Positions 1 through 8,403 of a stretch of DNA of 64,000 nucleotides are shown one piece after another. The translations under genes were made by a program, and so were the position numbers. The notes under the pieces were generated by a model. The model worked only from the letters and a program-made list of their open reading frames with translations, made no database searches and was not told where the DNA came from. Numbering within the stretch: the stretch's first letter is position 1; every line of letters starts with the position of its first letter. Source of the DNA: a virus; IMG/VR virus record IMGVR_UViG_3300047564_003843, positions 32,001-96,000 of that record; one strand, 5' to 3'.

Positions 1-82
1 CTTCCACTTTTACCTTCATCTTGTTTGGACAACGCGCTGGAAGGACGCATAACAAGACTCAGGTTGAGAGTTCGCCGTATTG

Positions 83-1852
83 CTACCGCGTTCCCACATT
101 TGTTAGAACTCGCTCTGCCGTCCTTCCGATTTCTACGGAAGCCGATACAGGGTCAAGCACACCTGACATTACCACGCCCGATTTATTATCGAGTAAAGAC
201 TTAGCGTAATGACCGCCATCAAAAGGAAGCCATAAAACCGCAACGCCTGACTCGGCGCAACGCTTTGTCCAATGACGAGCCTTTATTTTTTCTTCGTGTG
301 TGTATTGTCCATCTGAAACAATTACAAGTAAGCGAGCGCCACTTCCATTGAGAAGATTTAGTGCGCCATCAAGTGCGCGAAATGCTTTGTCAAACTTTTC
401 AGTTGAGTCGCTCGCAGAATAAACACGAACTTCTTCAAGGTGTTGTCCTGCCTTCAAGGTGGGAAAAACATCTGAACCATAATAAACCATCGCACATCTT
501 CCTTGAACTCTGCGAGTTGCTTCAGACATAACCCACGCAGTTGTAGCCATTGGCTTCATCGCATCTCCCATAGAACCTGAAATGTCCACCATCACGCCAA
601 CTGTAAGAGTTGTTTCTTCTGTCTGCTTACGAACTGTGCGACGCCACGCTTCTGTTTGTTGCACAATTCCGCGTGACTTCATCGCGGCATTTTGGACGAG
701 TGCGCGAGAGCGCAATCTTCCGGGAGGAATAATCGAAGTAATCTCTGTCGCATCTCTGTCACGATACTTTGCTTTTTCTAGCATCTTAGAAATCGTAACT
801 GCCGCGATGCGCTCTGCGCTAGTTGGCTTACGAACTTCTACGAGAGTCGAGTTTGTGTTTCCACCTGTTTCTGTTGTGGATTTATTGAAAACTTTTTTTG
901 CCACATCTTTGTTGTCATTTTCTTCTTTGGCTTGGTTTGCTTTTGACTTTGCTTCCTCTGCCATTTCCTCAGACATTTGTTGGTCTGATAGCGCCATACT
1001 TGTTGAAACTGACATTTCATCTGAAGCCTCTTCTAATGCTTCCATAAGAGCCTGAGCGAAAGCCTGAGCCATCTGCTCATCTTTCTCGCCCTTCTCTTCT
1101 TTCACATCGCGAATAATCTTCGCCCACTCTTTTGCTAATGGATAGAGAAGAGTTTCTCCCTGAGTTGGGAAGTCAATAATAGTTTCGCGGAAAGTTTTAG
1201 AAATCTCTCGCAACTTAGAAACAACTTCTTCACCTAAGAAATCTAAAACTTGCTTTTCGATACCTGCAACTTCATCAGCATCTATGATGCCCGCATCAAC
1301 GCGAGCCAACACTAAACCAATCGCACTAGCGCAACTTTGAGTAGTTGAAGTGCTTGCTTCCATTTCTTTTGCATCTGCGATAACTATTTCCATCGCGCAA
1401 GAGCGTAGAAAGTTTAGAGAGTCAGGTTTGTGCCAAACACCCTGAGTTTCAATGCGACCTTCTTCAAGTAACATCAAAGCTTCAACTTCATCTTTTTCTA
1501 AATCTTTGTGAGCCTTTGGTATGTCAAAAATAGAAAACTTTGCGTGAAACGCTTCGTGAAGTATTGCGCCTGTTGCTTTAGGAAACTCATACTGCTGAGT
1601 GCGCTCGCGTAAATCTCCAACCATCATTGGAGTTGTTACTTTGCCAAACGCAATCTCTGTATTTACTTCAACCTCTGCGAGCGCAGGGTTGTAACACGCT
1701 GGTGCGCTACCACCTGCACCTTCACCTACATAAGCGATTAGGTCTGACCTATCAGACCAAGTATTTACAAGTTCGCCTATCTGTGCGCCTACGCCTAACC
1801 ACTCTTTCGGAGTGGACTCTGCTCTAGTGGCAGAAATCTTTATGTGTGCCAT
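83..1852 (-). CDS. vWA (MIDAS) domain protein with N-terminal HExxH motif; CobT/MoxR-partner-like
   Basis: 589 aa; ILHEAFH, VMVDISGSM (DxSxS MIDAS), LVIVSDG; directly downstream of a MoxR-type ATPase. Confidence 0.85.
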   Translation of the reverse strand: MAHIKISATRAESTPKEWLGVGAQIGELVNTWSDRSDLIAYVGEGAGGSAPACYNPALAEVEVNTEIAFGKVTTPMMVGDLRERTQQYEFPKATGAILHEAFHAKFSIFDIPKAHKDLEKDEVEALMLLEEGRIETQGVWHKPDSLNFLRSCAMEIVIADAKEMEASTSTTQSCASAIGLVLARVDAGIIDADEVAGIEKQVLDFLGEEVVSKLREISKTFRETIIDFPTQGETLLYPLAKEWAKIIRDVKEEKGEKDEQMAQAFAQALMEALEEASDEMSVSTSMALSDQQMSEEMAEEAKSKANQAKEENDNKDVAKKVFNKSTTETGGNTNSTLVEVRKPTSAERIAAVTISKMLEKAKYRDRDATEITSIIPPGRLRSRALVQNAAMKSRGIVQQTEAWRRTVRKQTEETTLTVGVMVDISGSMGDAMKPMATTAWVMSEATRRVQGRCAMVYYGSDVFPTLKAGQHLEEVRVYSASDSTEKFDKAFRALDGALNLLNGSGARLLVIVSDGQYTHEEKIKARHWTKRCAESGVAVLWLPFDGGHYAKSLLDNKSGVVMSGVLDPVSASVEIGRTAERVLTNVGTR

Positions 1853-1896
1853 TTCGTCGTTCCTTCCATTTATGTCTTTGTCCGAGACAGGTAAAT

Positions 1897-1924
1897 ACTA
1901 TAATGAAAATGCTTTGGGTGTCAA
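1897..1924 (-). promoter_or_regulatory. sigma70-type promoter for the vWA gene
   Basis: Minus strand TTGACA-16nt-TATAGT about 45 nt upstream of the ATG. Confidence 0.7.
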
Positions 1925-1933
1925 GTAGGGAGA

Positions 1934-1968
1934 GTAGGGGGCGCGACACCCAATGAAGCGCCCCCCAC
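1934..1968 (-). other. GC-rich 11-bp hairpin with a 13-nt loop in the AAA+ gene 3' UTR
   Basis: Minus strand GTGGGGGGCGC-TTCATTGGGTGTC-GCGCCCCCTAC; no U-tract follows. Confidence 0.7.
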
Positions 1969-1995
1969 CTGTTCAACGAAAATCCGACATAGGGG

Positions 1996-3039
1996 TTAGA
2001 TTTTCGCTGGCTTGACCTCTTCCCCATAAGCCCTTGTCAGCACATCGGCAACGACAGGTCTGTCTATTTCGGGGGCAGAGGCAAGAAGGTTCGAGATAGC
2101 GAAAGTATTGCCAAAAGTTTTCGCAACATCTCGGAAAGCAATAAGTTCTCGCATTTGTGGAGACCAAGAAACTTCATTTGATACTTGCTTCTTAGCAAGA
2201 TTTTGTGAAGCAGTAACCATCGCAGTTGGAACTCCAAGCTTTTTTGCGAGCGCCCAATCAGTAGTCATTTCAACTTGAATAGTGAAACGAGATAACAACG
2301 CTTCAGAAAGTCTAACTCCCGGAGCATTTGGATTTGTCGCAGCGACTACGAAAAAGTTTTCGTGAGCCTTGATAGTGCCACGCTCAGGATTTGCGGTGAC
2401 AACTAACTCGCGTCGTCCGTCCATCAAACCATAAGCAAGTGACAAAACCTTTGGGTCAATCAAACCAATTTCGTCAATGAAATAAACTTTGCCATTGACG
2501 GCGGCATCTATCAAACCACCATCAACCCAATCGAAACCACCACTTGGAGTTTGGACATAGCCACCAACTAAGTCAGCGACTTCTGTGTCACCTGTTCCCA
2601 TAAGTGTGACAACATCTTCACCAAACGCTGCTTCGACCATCGCAGTTTTTCCGCAACCCGGAGCGCCATAAATAAGTGCGAACATTGGAGAACCACCTTC
2701 ACCTGCGAAAGACTTCATTGTCATTTCTCTCGCTTTGCGAAGTGCCATAACATCTGAGTGTTCGCCCCACTTGCGACCAAAATACAAATCGCCATTTGGT
2801 CGAGCATAAGACTCAGCGCCTTCCATACTCTCGACACTAATAACTTGCTTTGACTTGCGTGGCGCTCTGTCAGAACCACTTGCGCGAGCAACATAACGCC
2901 CCGCAGGGTTCACTACTGCTGAAAGAGTTTTTGTTGAACTCTCAGATACTGCCTGTGCAACAACTTCTTCAGCGAATTGCCATAGTGTGCTACTCCCACC
3001 TAGTGAAGAGTATTTTTCTCTAAGATTTACATTTTCCAT
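1996..3039 (-). CDS. MoxR/CbbQ/NirQ-family (CobS-like) AAA+ ATPase
   Basis: Walker A GAPGCGKT, Walker B YFIDE, AATNP, LSEALLSRF; paired with vWA gene. Confidence 0.9.
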   Translation of the reverse strand: MENVNLREKYSSLGGSSTLWQFAEEVVAQAVSESSTKTLSAVVNPAGRYVARASGSDRAPRKSKQVISVESMEGAESYARPNGDLYFGRKWGEHSDVMALRKAREMTMKSFAGEGGSPMFALIYGAPGCGKTAMVEAAFGEDVVTLMGTGDTEVADLVGGYVQTPSGGFDWVDGGLIDAAVNGKVYFIDEIGLIDPKVLSLAYGLMDGRRELVVTANPERGTIKAHENFFVVAATNPNAPGVRLSEALLSRFTIQVEMTTDWALAKKLGVPTAMVTASQNLAKKQVSNEVSWSPQMRELIAFRDVAKTFGNTFAISNLLASAPEIDRPVVADVLTRAYGEEVKPAKI

Positions 3040-3059
3040 TTCCCTATGTCCTTTTCTCT

Positions 3060-3515
3060 CTACGCTATGAGTTCTTCAGGGAACTCGCTTGCTTCACGCA
3101 CTAAACCAATGCGATAAAGCAACTTGTTGGGTGTCTTACCTGTTCGGATTTCTTCTAAATCCTTTTTTGATACTTCCACAAGGAAAGCATCTTTTACAAT
3201 CTGCCAACCACCATTGTTTATCGCATCAAACAAATCCATAGCGAAAAACAATCTTTGAGTAGCAAACGCTTCTTTCTTTTCATCATCAAGCATTACTCCA
3301 CCTAGTTCAGTTATTGCGTGATTAGGTATTGGAGAGTTACGCCATTGTTTCTTTGGGGAAGCAGGTGTTACCACTCTGCGAAACAAATTGGCAGGAACAT
3401 CTTTGCCATCTGTTGTGTAACCATCAGGGGTGATGATTATTTGCATTGTTGCTCCGGGCTTACGGAACTCTGCATAAACTCCTACGCCCTGAACTTCTTT
3501 CGTGTTATCTAGCAT
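3060..3515 (-). CDS. hypothetical protein
   Basis: 151 aa ORF with leader AACGACGAAAGGACACCCA-ATG. Confidence 0.8.
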   Translation of the reverse strand: MLDNTKEVQGVGVYAEFRKPGATMQIIITPDGYTTDGKDVPANLFRRVVTPASPKKQWRNSPIPNHAITELGGVMLDDEKKEAFATQRLFFAMDLFDAINNGGWQIVKDAFLVEVSKKDLEEIRTGKTPNKLLYRIGLVREASEFPEELIA

Positions 3516-3556
3516 TGGGTGTCCTTTCGTCGTTGTTGGTGCTAGTGAAAACTAAT

Positions 3557-4048
3557 CTACCATCTCTCTGCTAAATGTGCAAACTCTTCAGCAAAAAGAT
3601 TTTCAGGTGTCGTGGTCTTTCCGAAAACTGAGGTGTAGAGGGCTAGACCCTCAGACCACTCTTCCCACCCCCCATCTGAGGAAACTTCAACTTGCTTCCC
3701 AAAAACATCTTTGATGAGTATTAGGGTTGCACAAACTAAAGTGTCGTAAGGGTGCATTTGGGTTTTGCAAAAGTTGAAAGAAGTTTTTGCATCTTTATCC
3801 CAATCAGGTGCAGGTGGCACGATTTGAGAGAAATGAAAAGTTTCGCACGCTTGTGGTTCTAAACCATTGAAAGCGATGCGCTCGCCACTTGCTTCCCAAG
3901 CGCCAGCCTTTTCTCCAAAAGCATCTGCAACTACAATGCCATTGAGGTCAGCTTTTTTTACTAACTCGATAAAACCTTTACGAACCTTTTCATAAAGTTC
4001 AGGCTCGTTACTATCGAGACTTCTTTTTAGATAATGGGTGTATCCCAT
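3557..4048 (-). CDS. conserved hypothetical phage protein (MGYTHY...FCKT..PYD type)
   Basis: 163 aa ORF with conserved leader and upstream promoter. Confidence 0.8.
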   Translation of the reverse strand: MGYTHYLKRSLDSNEPELYEKVRKGFIELVKKADLNGIVVADAFGEKAGAWEASGERIAFNGLEPQACETFHFSQIVPPAPDWDKDAKTSFNFCKTQMHPYDTLVCATLILIKDVFGKQVEVSSDGGWEEWSEGLALYTSVFGKTTTPENLFAEEFAHLAERW

Positions 4049-4078
4049 TTGGGTGTCCTTTCGTCGTTTGACAGGAAA

Positions 4079-4107
4079 AGATTATTTCATCTTCCTGCCA
4101 TTGTCAA
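4079..4107 (-). promoter_or_regulatory. sigma70-type promoter
   Basis: Minus strand TTGACA-17nt-TAATCT just upstream of the AACGACGAAAGGA leader. Confidence 0.75.
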
Positions 4108-4169
4108 GTAGAACACCAAAACTTTTTGATTTATTTCCTGACCCTGTGGGGATAAAAATGGCGAGCGCC

Positions 4170-4239
4170 AAAAAAAAGGTGAGCAGTTTTGTGACTTGCT
4201 CAGGTCTACGTGGGATAACGACGAAGAAACCCACGTAAG
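4170..4239 (-). ncRNA. candidate small antisense RNA (seed hairpin plus intrinsic terminator)
   Basis: -10-like TAGGGT at 4246-4251; stem TACGTGGG/CCCACGTA with loop TTTCTTCGTCGTTAT; second stem TGAGCA..TGCTCA then CC and T8. Confidence 0.6.
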
Positions 4240-4266
4240 ATTTTTACCCTATCAAGGGCCTAACTG

Positions 4267-4602
4267 TCAAGCTGGGTCCCGCGGCATGAAGTCATCGAGG
4301 TCAATACCGTATTGCTCGAACTTGTCATACAACACCGACATCTCCTCAGGCTTCTCGTAGGACTCCGTTATTAACCGTGCGACATTTGCACGCTGGCTAT
4401 CCGATGCTGACTCGAGGATTTCCCAATCTACTTCTCTCCAAAATGTAGTTTCCAATACGAGCAGACCGCTAGCGTCTCCGTAGTTCCCGTCAAGCGCGAA
4501 GTAACCTAGCGAGCGCTCTACAGGCTGCGGGTCTACTATTTTTACCTCTATAGGCGAGCCGTCTTCTACAAGCTCCGCGTCTAGAATCTCGTTCTCTTCC
4601 AT
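4267..4602 (-). CDS. acidic hypothetical protein
   Basis: 111 aa ORF, upstream GGAAGGG SD-like sequence. Confidence 0.75.
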   Translation of the reverse strand: MEENEILDAELVEDGSPIEVKIVDPQPVERSLGYFALDGNYGDASGLLVLETTFWREVDWEILESASDSQRANVARLITESYEKPEEMSVLYDKFEQYGIDLDDFMPRDPA

Positions 4603-4655
4603 CCCGTTTTTTACCCTTCCGTTTCAATAAACTAATACTACCCTGCCGTTTGGTA

Positions 4656-4681
4656 TGGGTGGGGCTTTTTTACCCCACCCA
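4656..4681 (-). terminator. stem-loop after the 4695 gene
   Basis: TGGGTGGGG-CTTTTTTA-CCCCACCCA inverted repeat. Confidence 0.5.
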
Positions 4682-4694
4682 CGCCGTGCCGTTC

Positions 4695-5420
4695 TTAGAC
4701 AATCATCTCGCTGATGTCCTCAAACTTCTGAATTACTTCTTCCGTCTTTTTGGCTTCTTGGGCGAGCCGTTCTTCTCGGTCAGGGCAGTCCTCATACCAC
4801 TCCTCAGGTTCATCCGAATAGTGGGCACAGGAACATCCGTCTGCGTTATCCCTTGCCACATAATCAGCGTGGCTTTCAGGAATGTCCCACTCTTCAACTA
4901 CAACTAACTCGCCGTTCTCGCTGGCATACTTCACGCCCCAGCCTTGCTCCTCTTCGCAATCAAACTCAAAGGTAAGTTCTGGATGTTGCTCAACCATTGC
5001 TCGGTAAGCACCTTCGGCAGGAGACCAAGCCGTAGAGAACTGATAACGAACCTCGCCTCTGGTTGAAATGTTATCTTCGTAGTAGAGGTCGCTACAATCC
5101 CACTTAGTTCCCCAGTTGCGGATGTTCCAGTCATACCAGCCATCTGACTTGAACTGCATAGAGACAGCCATCTTCTCTTCAACACTTAGTTCGTCATAAC
5201 CTTCTGGCTTGTAATCACTTGCCCCAAAGTAAAGTTGCTTGTTTTCTGGTTCTATGAAGTTCCAAAATGAAAGTTCTTTTTCTGAAACTTCTTCTTTTGT
5301 TTCATTTGTTTTCCAGTCCATCCAATAAGTTGTGTGAGGCTTGGTCGCCTTTTCAACAAACTTCTTGAGGTCTGCTTCTTCTCCTGTGATAACCACAGTA
5401 TTGAATACCCAGTTTGGCAT
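4695..5420 (-). CDS. DUF1281/Api92-like ferredoxin-fold protein
   Basis: MPNW start, WYDWNIRNWGTKWD and FSTAWSP motifs. Confidence 0.75.
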   Translation of the reverse strand: MPNWVFNTVVITGEEADLKKFVEKATKPHTTYWMDWKTNETKEEVSEKELSFWNFIEPENKQLYFGASDYKPEGYDELSVEEKMAVSMQFKSDGWYDWNIRNWGTKWDCSDLYYEDNISTRGEVRYQFSTAWSPAEGAYRAMVEQHPELTFEFDCEEEQGWGVKYASENGELVVVEEWDIPESHADYVARDNADGCSCAHYSDEPEEWYEDCPDREERLAQEAKKTEEVIQKFEDISEMIV

Positions 5421-5466
5421 TTTTATCCTTTCGTCGTTTTGGATAGTTCCATTTGGAACAGGTTTA

Positions 5467-5712
5467 TTATTTCACATCTCCACACTTTTCGCAAGTGCTC
5501 ATACAACAATCGCAATAGTTTTCGTGAGAGTTGTGGGAACAGCAGTCAGTATTGACAGCAACAAAATCCCACTTGGCGTTGATTTCATAATCCTCGAAGT
5601 CATCTGAAATCCAGTCATCAAGTTTGTTGATGGCGTCGTCTTCACTCTCTGCCTCGCCCACCTCAACCGCATACTCTTTGGTGAGGGTCGCATAGATTTT
5701 ATAGGTCGCCAT
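5467..5712 (-). CDS. hypothetical protein with Cys-rich C-terminus
   Basis: 81 aa ORF translationally coupled to the upstream gene. Confidence 0.65.
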   Translation of the reverse strand: MATYKIYATLTKEYAVEVGEAESEDDAINKLDDWISDDFEDYEINAKWDFVAVNTDCCSHNSHENYCDCCMSTCEKCGDVK

Positions 5713-6041
5713 TAGTCTTCATCCATCCAATCGAATCCCTGTGGAATGATGTTGATGAATCCTTCATTTGGGTCTGAAGGATTTGTGTTCACTGCTTGAA
5801 CGAATCGCAGTCCACAAGAGTTATCGAACCACTCCATTACTTTCTTTGACATTTCTTCAGGTGTCATTTCATCTGAAGTAATAAGTGGGTCGTATCCATA
5901 CTGGCGCATTAGAGCAACCTGCTCGTCGTCCATAAGAACATAGATTTTGTGGCAGGTGTCCCAAGCGATTGCTTTTGCGCTCGCTGTGTATTCATCAAGT
6001 TTTTCTGCTTCATAAACTTTATAGTTCGACATCAAAGACAC
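5712..6041 (-). CDS. hypothetical protein
   Basis: 109 aa ORF (WDTCHKIY, CGLRF); start may be at a later Met. Confidence 0.75.
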   Translation of the reverse strand: MSLMSNYKVYEAEKLDEYTASAKAIAWDTCHKIYVLMDDEQVALMRQYGYDPLITSDEMTPEEMSKKVMEWFDNSCGLRFVQAVNTNPSDPNEGFINIIPQGFDWMDED

Positions 6042-6216
6042 CTACGCCTTCTTTGTAATCTTCAATGATGTCTGTGAGCAAACCATCAAGAAAGTTTTCA
6101 GCACGACCTTCTAGTTCGTCGGCAACTTTTTCCCATTGCTCATCTGTGATGAAAGCAGAAATCATTCCCTCGAAATCATCTTTCGAGATGGTGCTTATGT
6201 TCACTACCTTTGCCAT
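6019..6216 (-). CDS. small acidic hypothetical protein
   Basis: 65 aa ORF with AACGACGAAAGGA leader; promoter TTGCTT-17-TAATGT at 6251-6279. Confidence 0.75.
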   Translation of the reverse strand: MAKVVNISTISKDDFEGMISAFITDEQWEKVADELEGRAENFLDGLLTDIIEDYKEGVGVFDVEL

Positions 6217-6367
6217 TTGTATCCTTTCGTCGTTTTACTTGGCATAACAAACATTACATCATCTACCTGATAAAAGCAAATCTCGCCACACCTGACTAGA
6301 CATCTTGGTAATCAAAAAGTTATTTGAAAGTTTGGACTGGCCTGGGGCCCTGGACCTGGACGAAAAG

Positions 6368-6559
6368 TTATTGGGAAGTTCCTGCTGATGGCGGATCAGA
6401 CATCAACGATTCTTGAACAGCCTCAATGTTTTTTACCCCGCGGGTTCTACGACGCTTCGTGCGTCGGTCCTCAAAGACTTGGGACTTCTGGTTCTGCACA
6501 TAGTTTCCAGGCACGCCCCGTGTTAAACGACGCAGTTCATCCCGTTCTTTTTTACCCAT
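6368..6559 (-). CDS. small basic hypothetical protein
   Basis: ORF track 6368-6598; MGKK start at 6559 preferred because a TATTAT/TATTTT -10-like box lies just upstream. Confidence 0.55.
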   Translation of the reverse strand: MGKKERDELRRLTRGVPGNYVQNQKSQVFEDRRTKRRRTRGVKNIEAVQESLMSDPPSAGTSQ

Positions 6560-6622
6560 AGCAAAATAATAAACCCGTGGGCTCGCAGTGAGCTCCACGG
6601 GCTTACCGTAGTTATTTGGATG

Positions 6623-7048
6623 TTACTTCGACGCTGCAGCGGATCTTGCTGACTCCACCATCTCACGAGTGAAGTATGTAGCACCCGTTATAGCATGCCG
6701 TTCGATTTTTTTACTCCTGTAGACCCAACTCTCCGCGCCGCCAAAGAACGCAGAGGAGTGATCCGTCCCGAGACTCCACAGTTGTTTGGACGTGCCGTTA
6801 GTTGAAATTTCAAATACGTAGATGCGGTCATGCCGTTCTAAGTCCATGCCGACTACCTTGCCGTTCTCGAACTTGTAGTGCGGGTGGTCTAGAAGTCTGA
6901 ACCACATAAAATTCATTGCGTCCGCAGGAGTGCACGCCGCGTAAATTTCTCCGAAGTGGGACTTTAATCCCTCGCCGTTGATGTCCGTGAACACGCACTC
7001 TGGTGCTGCGTGATACAACTTGCTCGGCACTCTCATGCACGCCCGCAA
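6623..7048 (-). CDS. hypothetical protein
   Basis: 141 aa ORF; LYHAA near the N-terminus is reminiscent of ADP-ribosyltransferase-fold proteins but unverified. Confidence 0.7.
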   Translation of the reverse strand: MRACMRVPSKLYHAAPECVFTDINGEGLKSHFGEIYAACTPADAMNFMWFRLLDHPHYKFENGKVVGMDLERHDRIYVFEISTNGTSKQLWSLGTDHSSAFFGGAESWVYRSKKIERHAITGATYFTREMVESARSAAASK

Positions 7049-7338
7049 TCTTCATACGGGTATTCGTGCGGTTCTAAGTCTTCGCAACTGCAGAAACCGA
7101 ATAGTTCTACTTGCTTGCCGTGATTGAGATCCGCGAGCTCGCCCCACGACATCACAACATCTTCTCCTTCTTCGACGAGCCGCTGCCCCTTGCCTGTTCC
7201 CAAGCCGACGCCGTATGTATCAAAGTGTGGTTCACACATATTGCCCCACGGGCCGTATGTTGTCATGCCGTCAAATCTTGCTTTATCTGTGCAGAAGTCG
7301 CATTGAGGTAATGCCGCTACTTTTGTAATTGTTGACAC
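7033..7338 (-). CDS. zinc-binding hypothetical protein
   Basis: CDFC...MCEPH and GLGTGKGQ; SD GGAAGGA. Confidence 0.75.
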   Translation of the reverse strand: MSTITKVAALPQCDFCTDKARFDGMTTYGPWGNMCEPHFDTYGVGLGTGKGQRLVEEGEDVVMSWGELADLNHGKQVELFGFCSCEDLEPHEYPYEDCGRA

Positions 7339-7380
7339 GGTTGTCCTTCCGTCATTTTGTTGAAGCAGGTGCTTCAGAAA

Positions 7381-7677
7381 CTATTCTATGTTCTCCCTGT
7401 CAAAATAGCAAATCGCTCCAACAAAGAAAACAACTGCTACCACAACATAGATAAGCGGGTTGATGAAGAGAGTAACGCTGGCCAAGGCTGCAGCTGCTAG
7501 TAAGGAACGAAAGATGTTCAGACCTGTGTGATGCCTCGCCACCAGAAAAACTCCGACTGGCCACAGTGCGGATCCCAAGACCAACATCCCAACAATCCAG
7601 TCTTGTTCACCATAAGGGTCGTTGTCTATGTCGTCTCGAATGCGAGTCAACTGCCAAAGTATTAATGTCTCTATCAC
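7381..7677 (-). CDS. membrane protein
   Basis: 98 aa with about three hydrophobic segments; TAGAAT 7 nt upstream of GTG. Confidence 0.7.
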   Translation of the reverse strand: MIETLILWQLTRIRDDIDNDPYGEQDWIVGMLVLGSALWPVGVFLVARHHTGLNIFRSLLAAAALASVTLFINPLIYVVVAVVFFVGAICYFDRENIE

Positions 7678-8265
7678 GCCATCGATTCTATTATAAATTT
7701 TTTATCTGCGCAAGTGTTTGGTTTGCAACCTACAGCTGTCATCTAGTTACAAAGTTATTTGGAAGTTCCACAGCTCGGGCCCGAAACGATCAGAAATTTT
7801 TACCCCTGCAAAAGCCTGGCACCTGGTGCTGCAGCTTGGGATGGTAAAAGTTATTTGGAAGTTGGAAGCTGAAGGGCCCTTTTTAGTTTTGCGGCCGCTA
7901 GGTTGCAAAACCTAATCCTACCTGGCTTGTCAAGCTCTGTCAACCTGGCAGCCAAAGTTGTTCATAAGTTGTTCAGGGATCTGGAGCTGGCCATCTTCAG
8001 GGGTAAAAATTCTTGATCTGGCGGCGGGCCGCTGTCTCAAGTTGTTTGGATGTTGACGGTGATCTGCAGCTACGTGGTGCCCGTTGGACCTGTTGGACCC
8101 GTTGGTCCAGAGCTGGCCGCTGTAGCTTGGCAAAGTTATTTGGAAGTTGGGAGCTGATCTGCAGCTGCAGCTAAATCTTCCTGCACTATTACCGTTGTAA
8201 TTTAGGTGTAAATTACTACGCGACATACCGTTGTATATATGTATGCGCTCAGGCGCACGCCGTTA

Positions 8266-8403
8266 TTAGGAAGTGGTTGAGGCGGGCCGTTGAGTTGTGG
8301 CGCAGCTTTTACACACGCCGTCTGGATTAAGTTCCTCGCCGCACCAGAAGCAATCCGTTTTGCTCGCCGCCTTCGGTGGGTAAAAATTACTGAAGGTGCT
8401 CAC
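8266..8403 (-). CDS. small zinc-ribbon protein (not in ORF track)
   Basis: MSTFSNFYPPKAASKTDCFWCGEELNPDGVCKSCATTQRPASTTS; two CxxC motifs; GTGA overlap with upstream mini-ORF. Confidence 0.6.
   Translation of the reverse strand: MSTFSNFYPPKAASKTDCFWCGEELNPDGVCKSCATTQRPASTTS

Larger units (their letters stand above)
6316..8148 (+). repeat. dispersed 17-bp direct repeat AAAGTTATTTGGAAGTT
   Basis: Exact copies at 7751, 7847, 8132; one-mismatch copies at 6316, 6364; more degenerate copies at 6608, 7954, 8038; all in one orientation. Confidence 0.85.

Noticed and set aside
7718-8226. ORFs 7718-7915(+) and 7930-8226(-)
   Set aside because: They have no convincing RBS, and their translations just reflect the DNA repeats (KVIWK twice); treated as non-coding.
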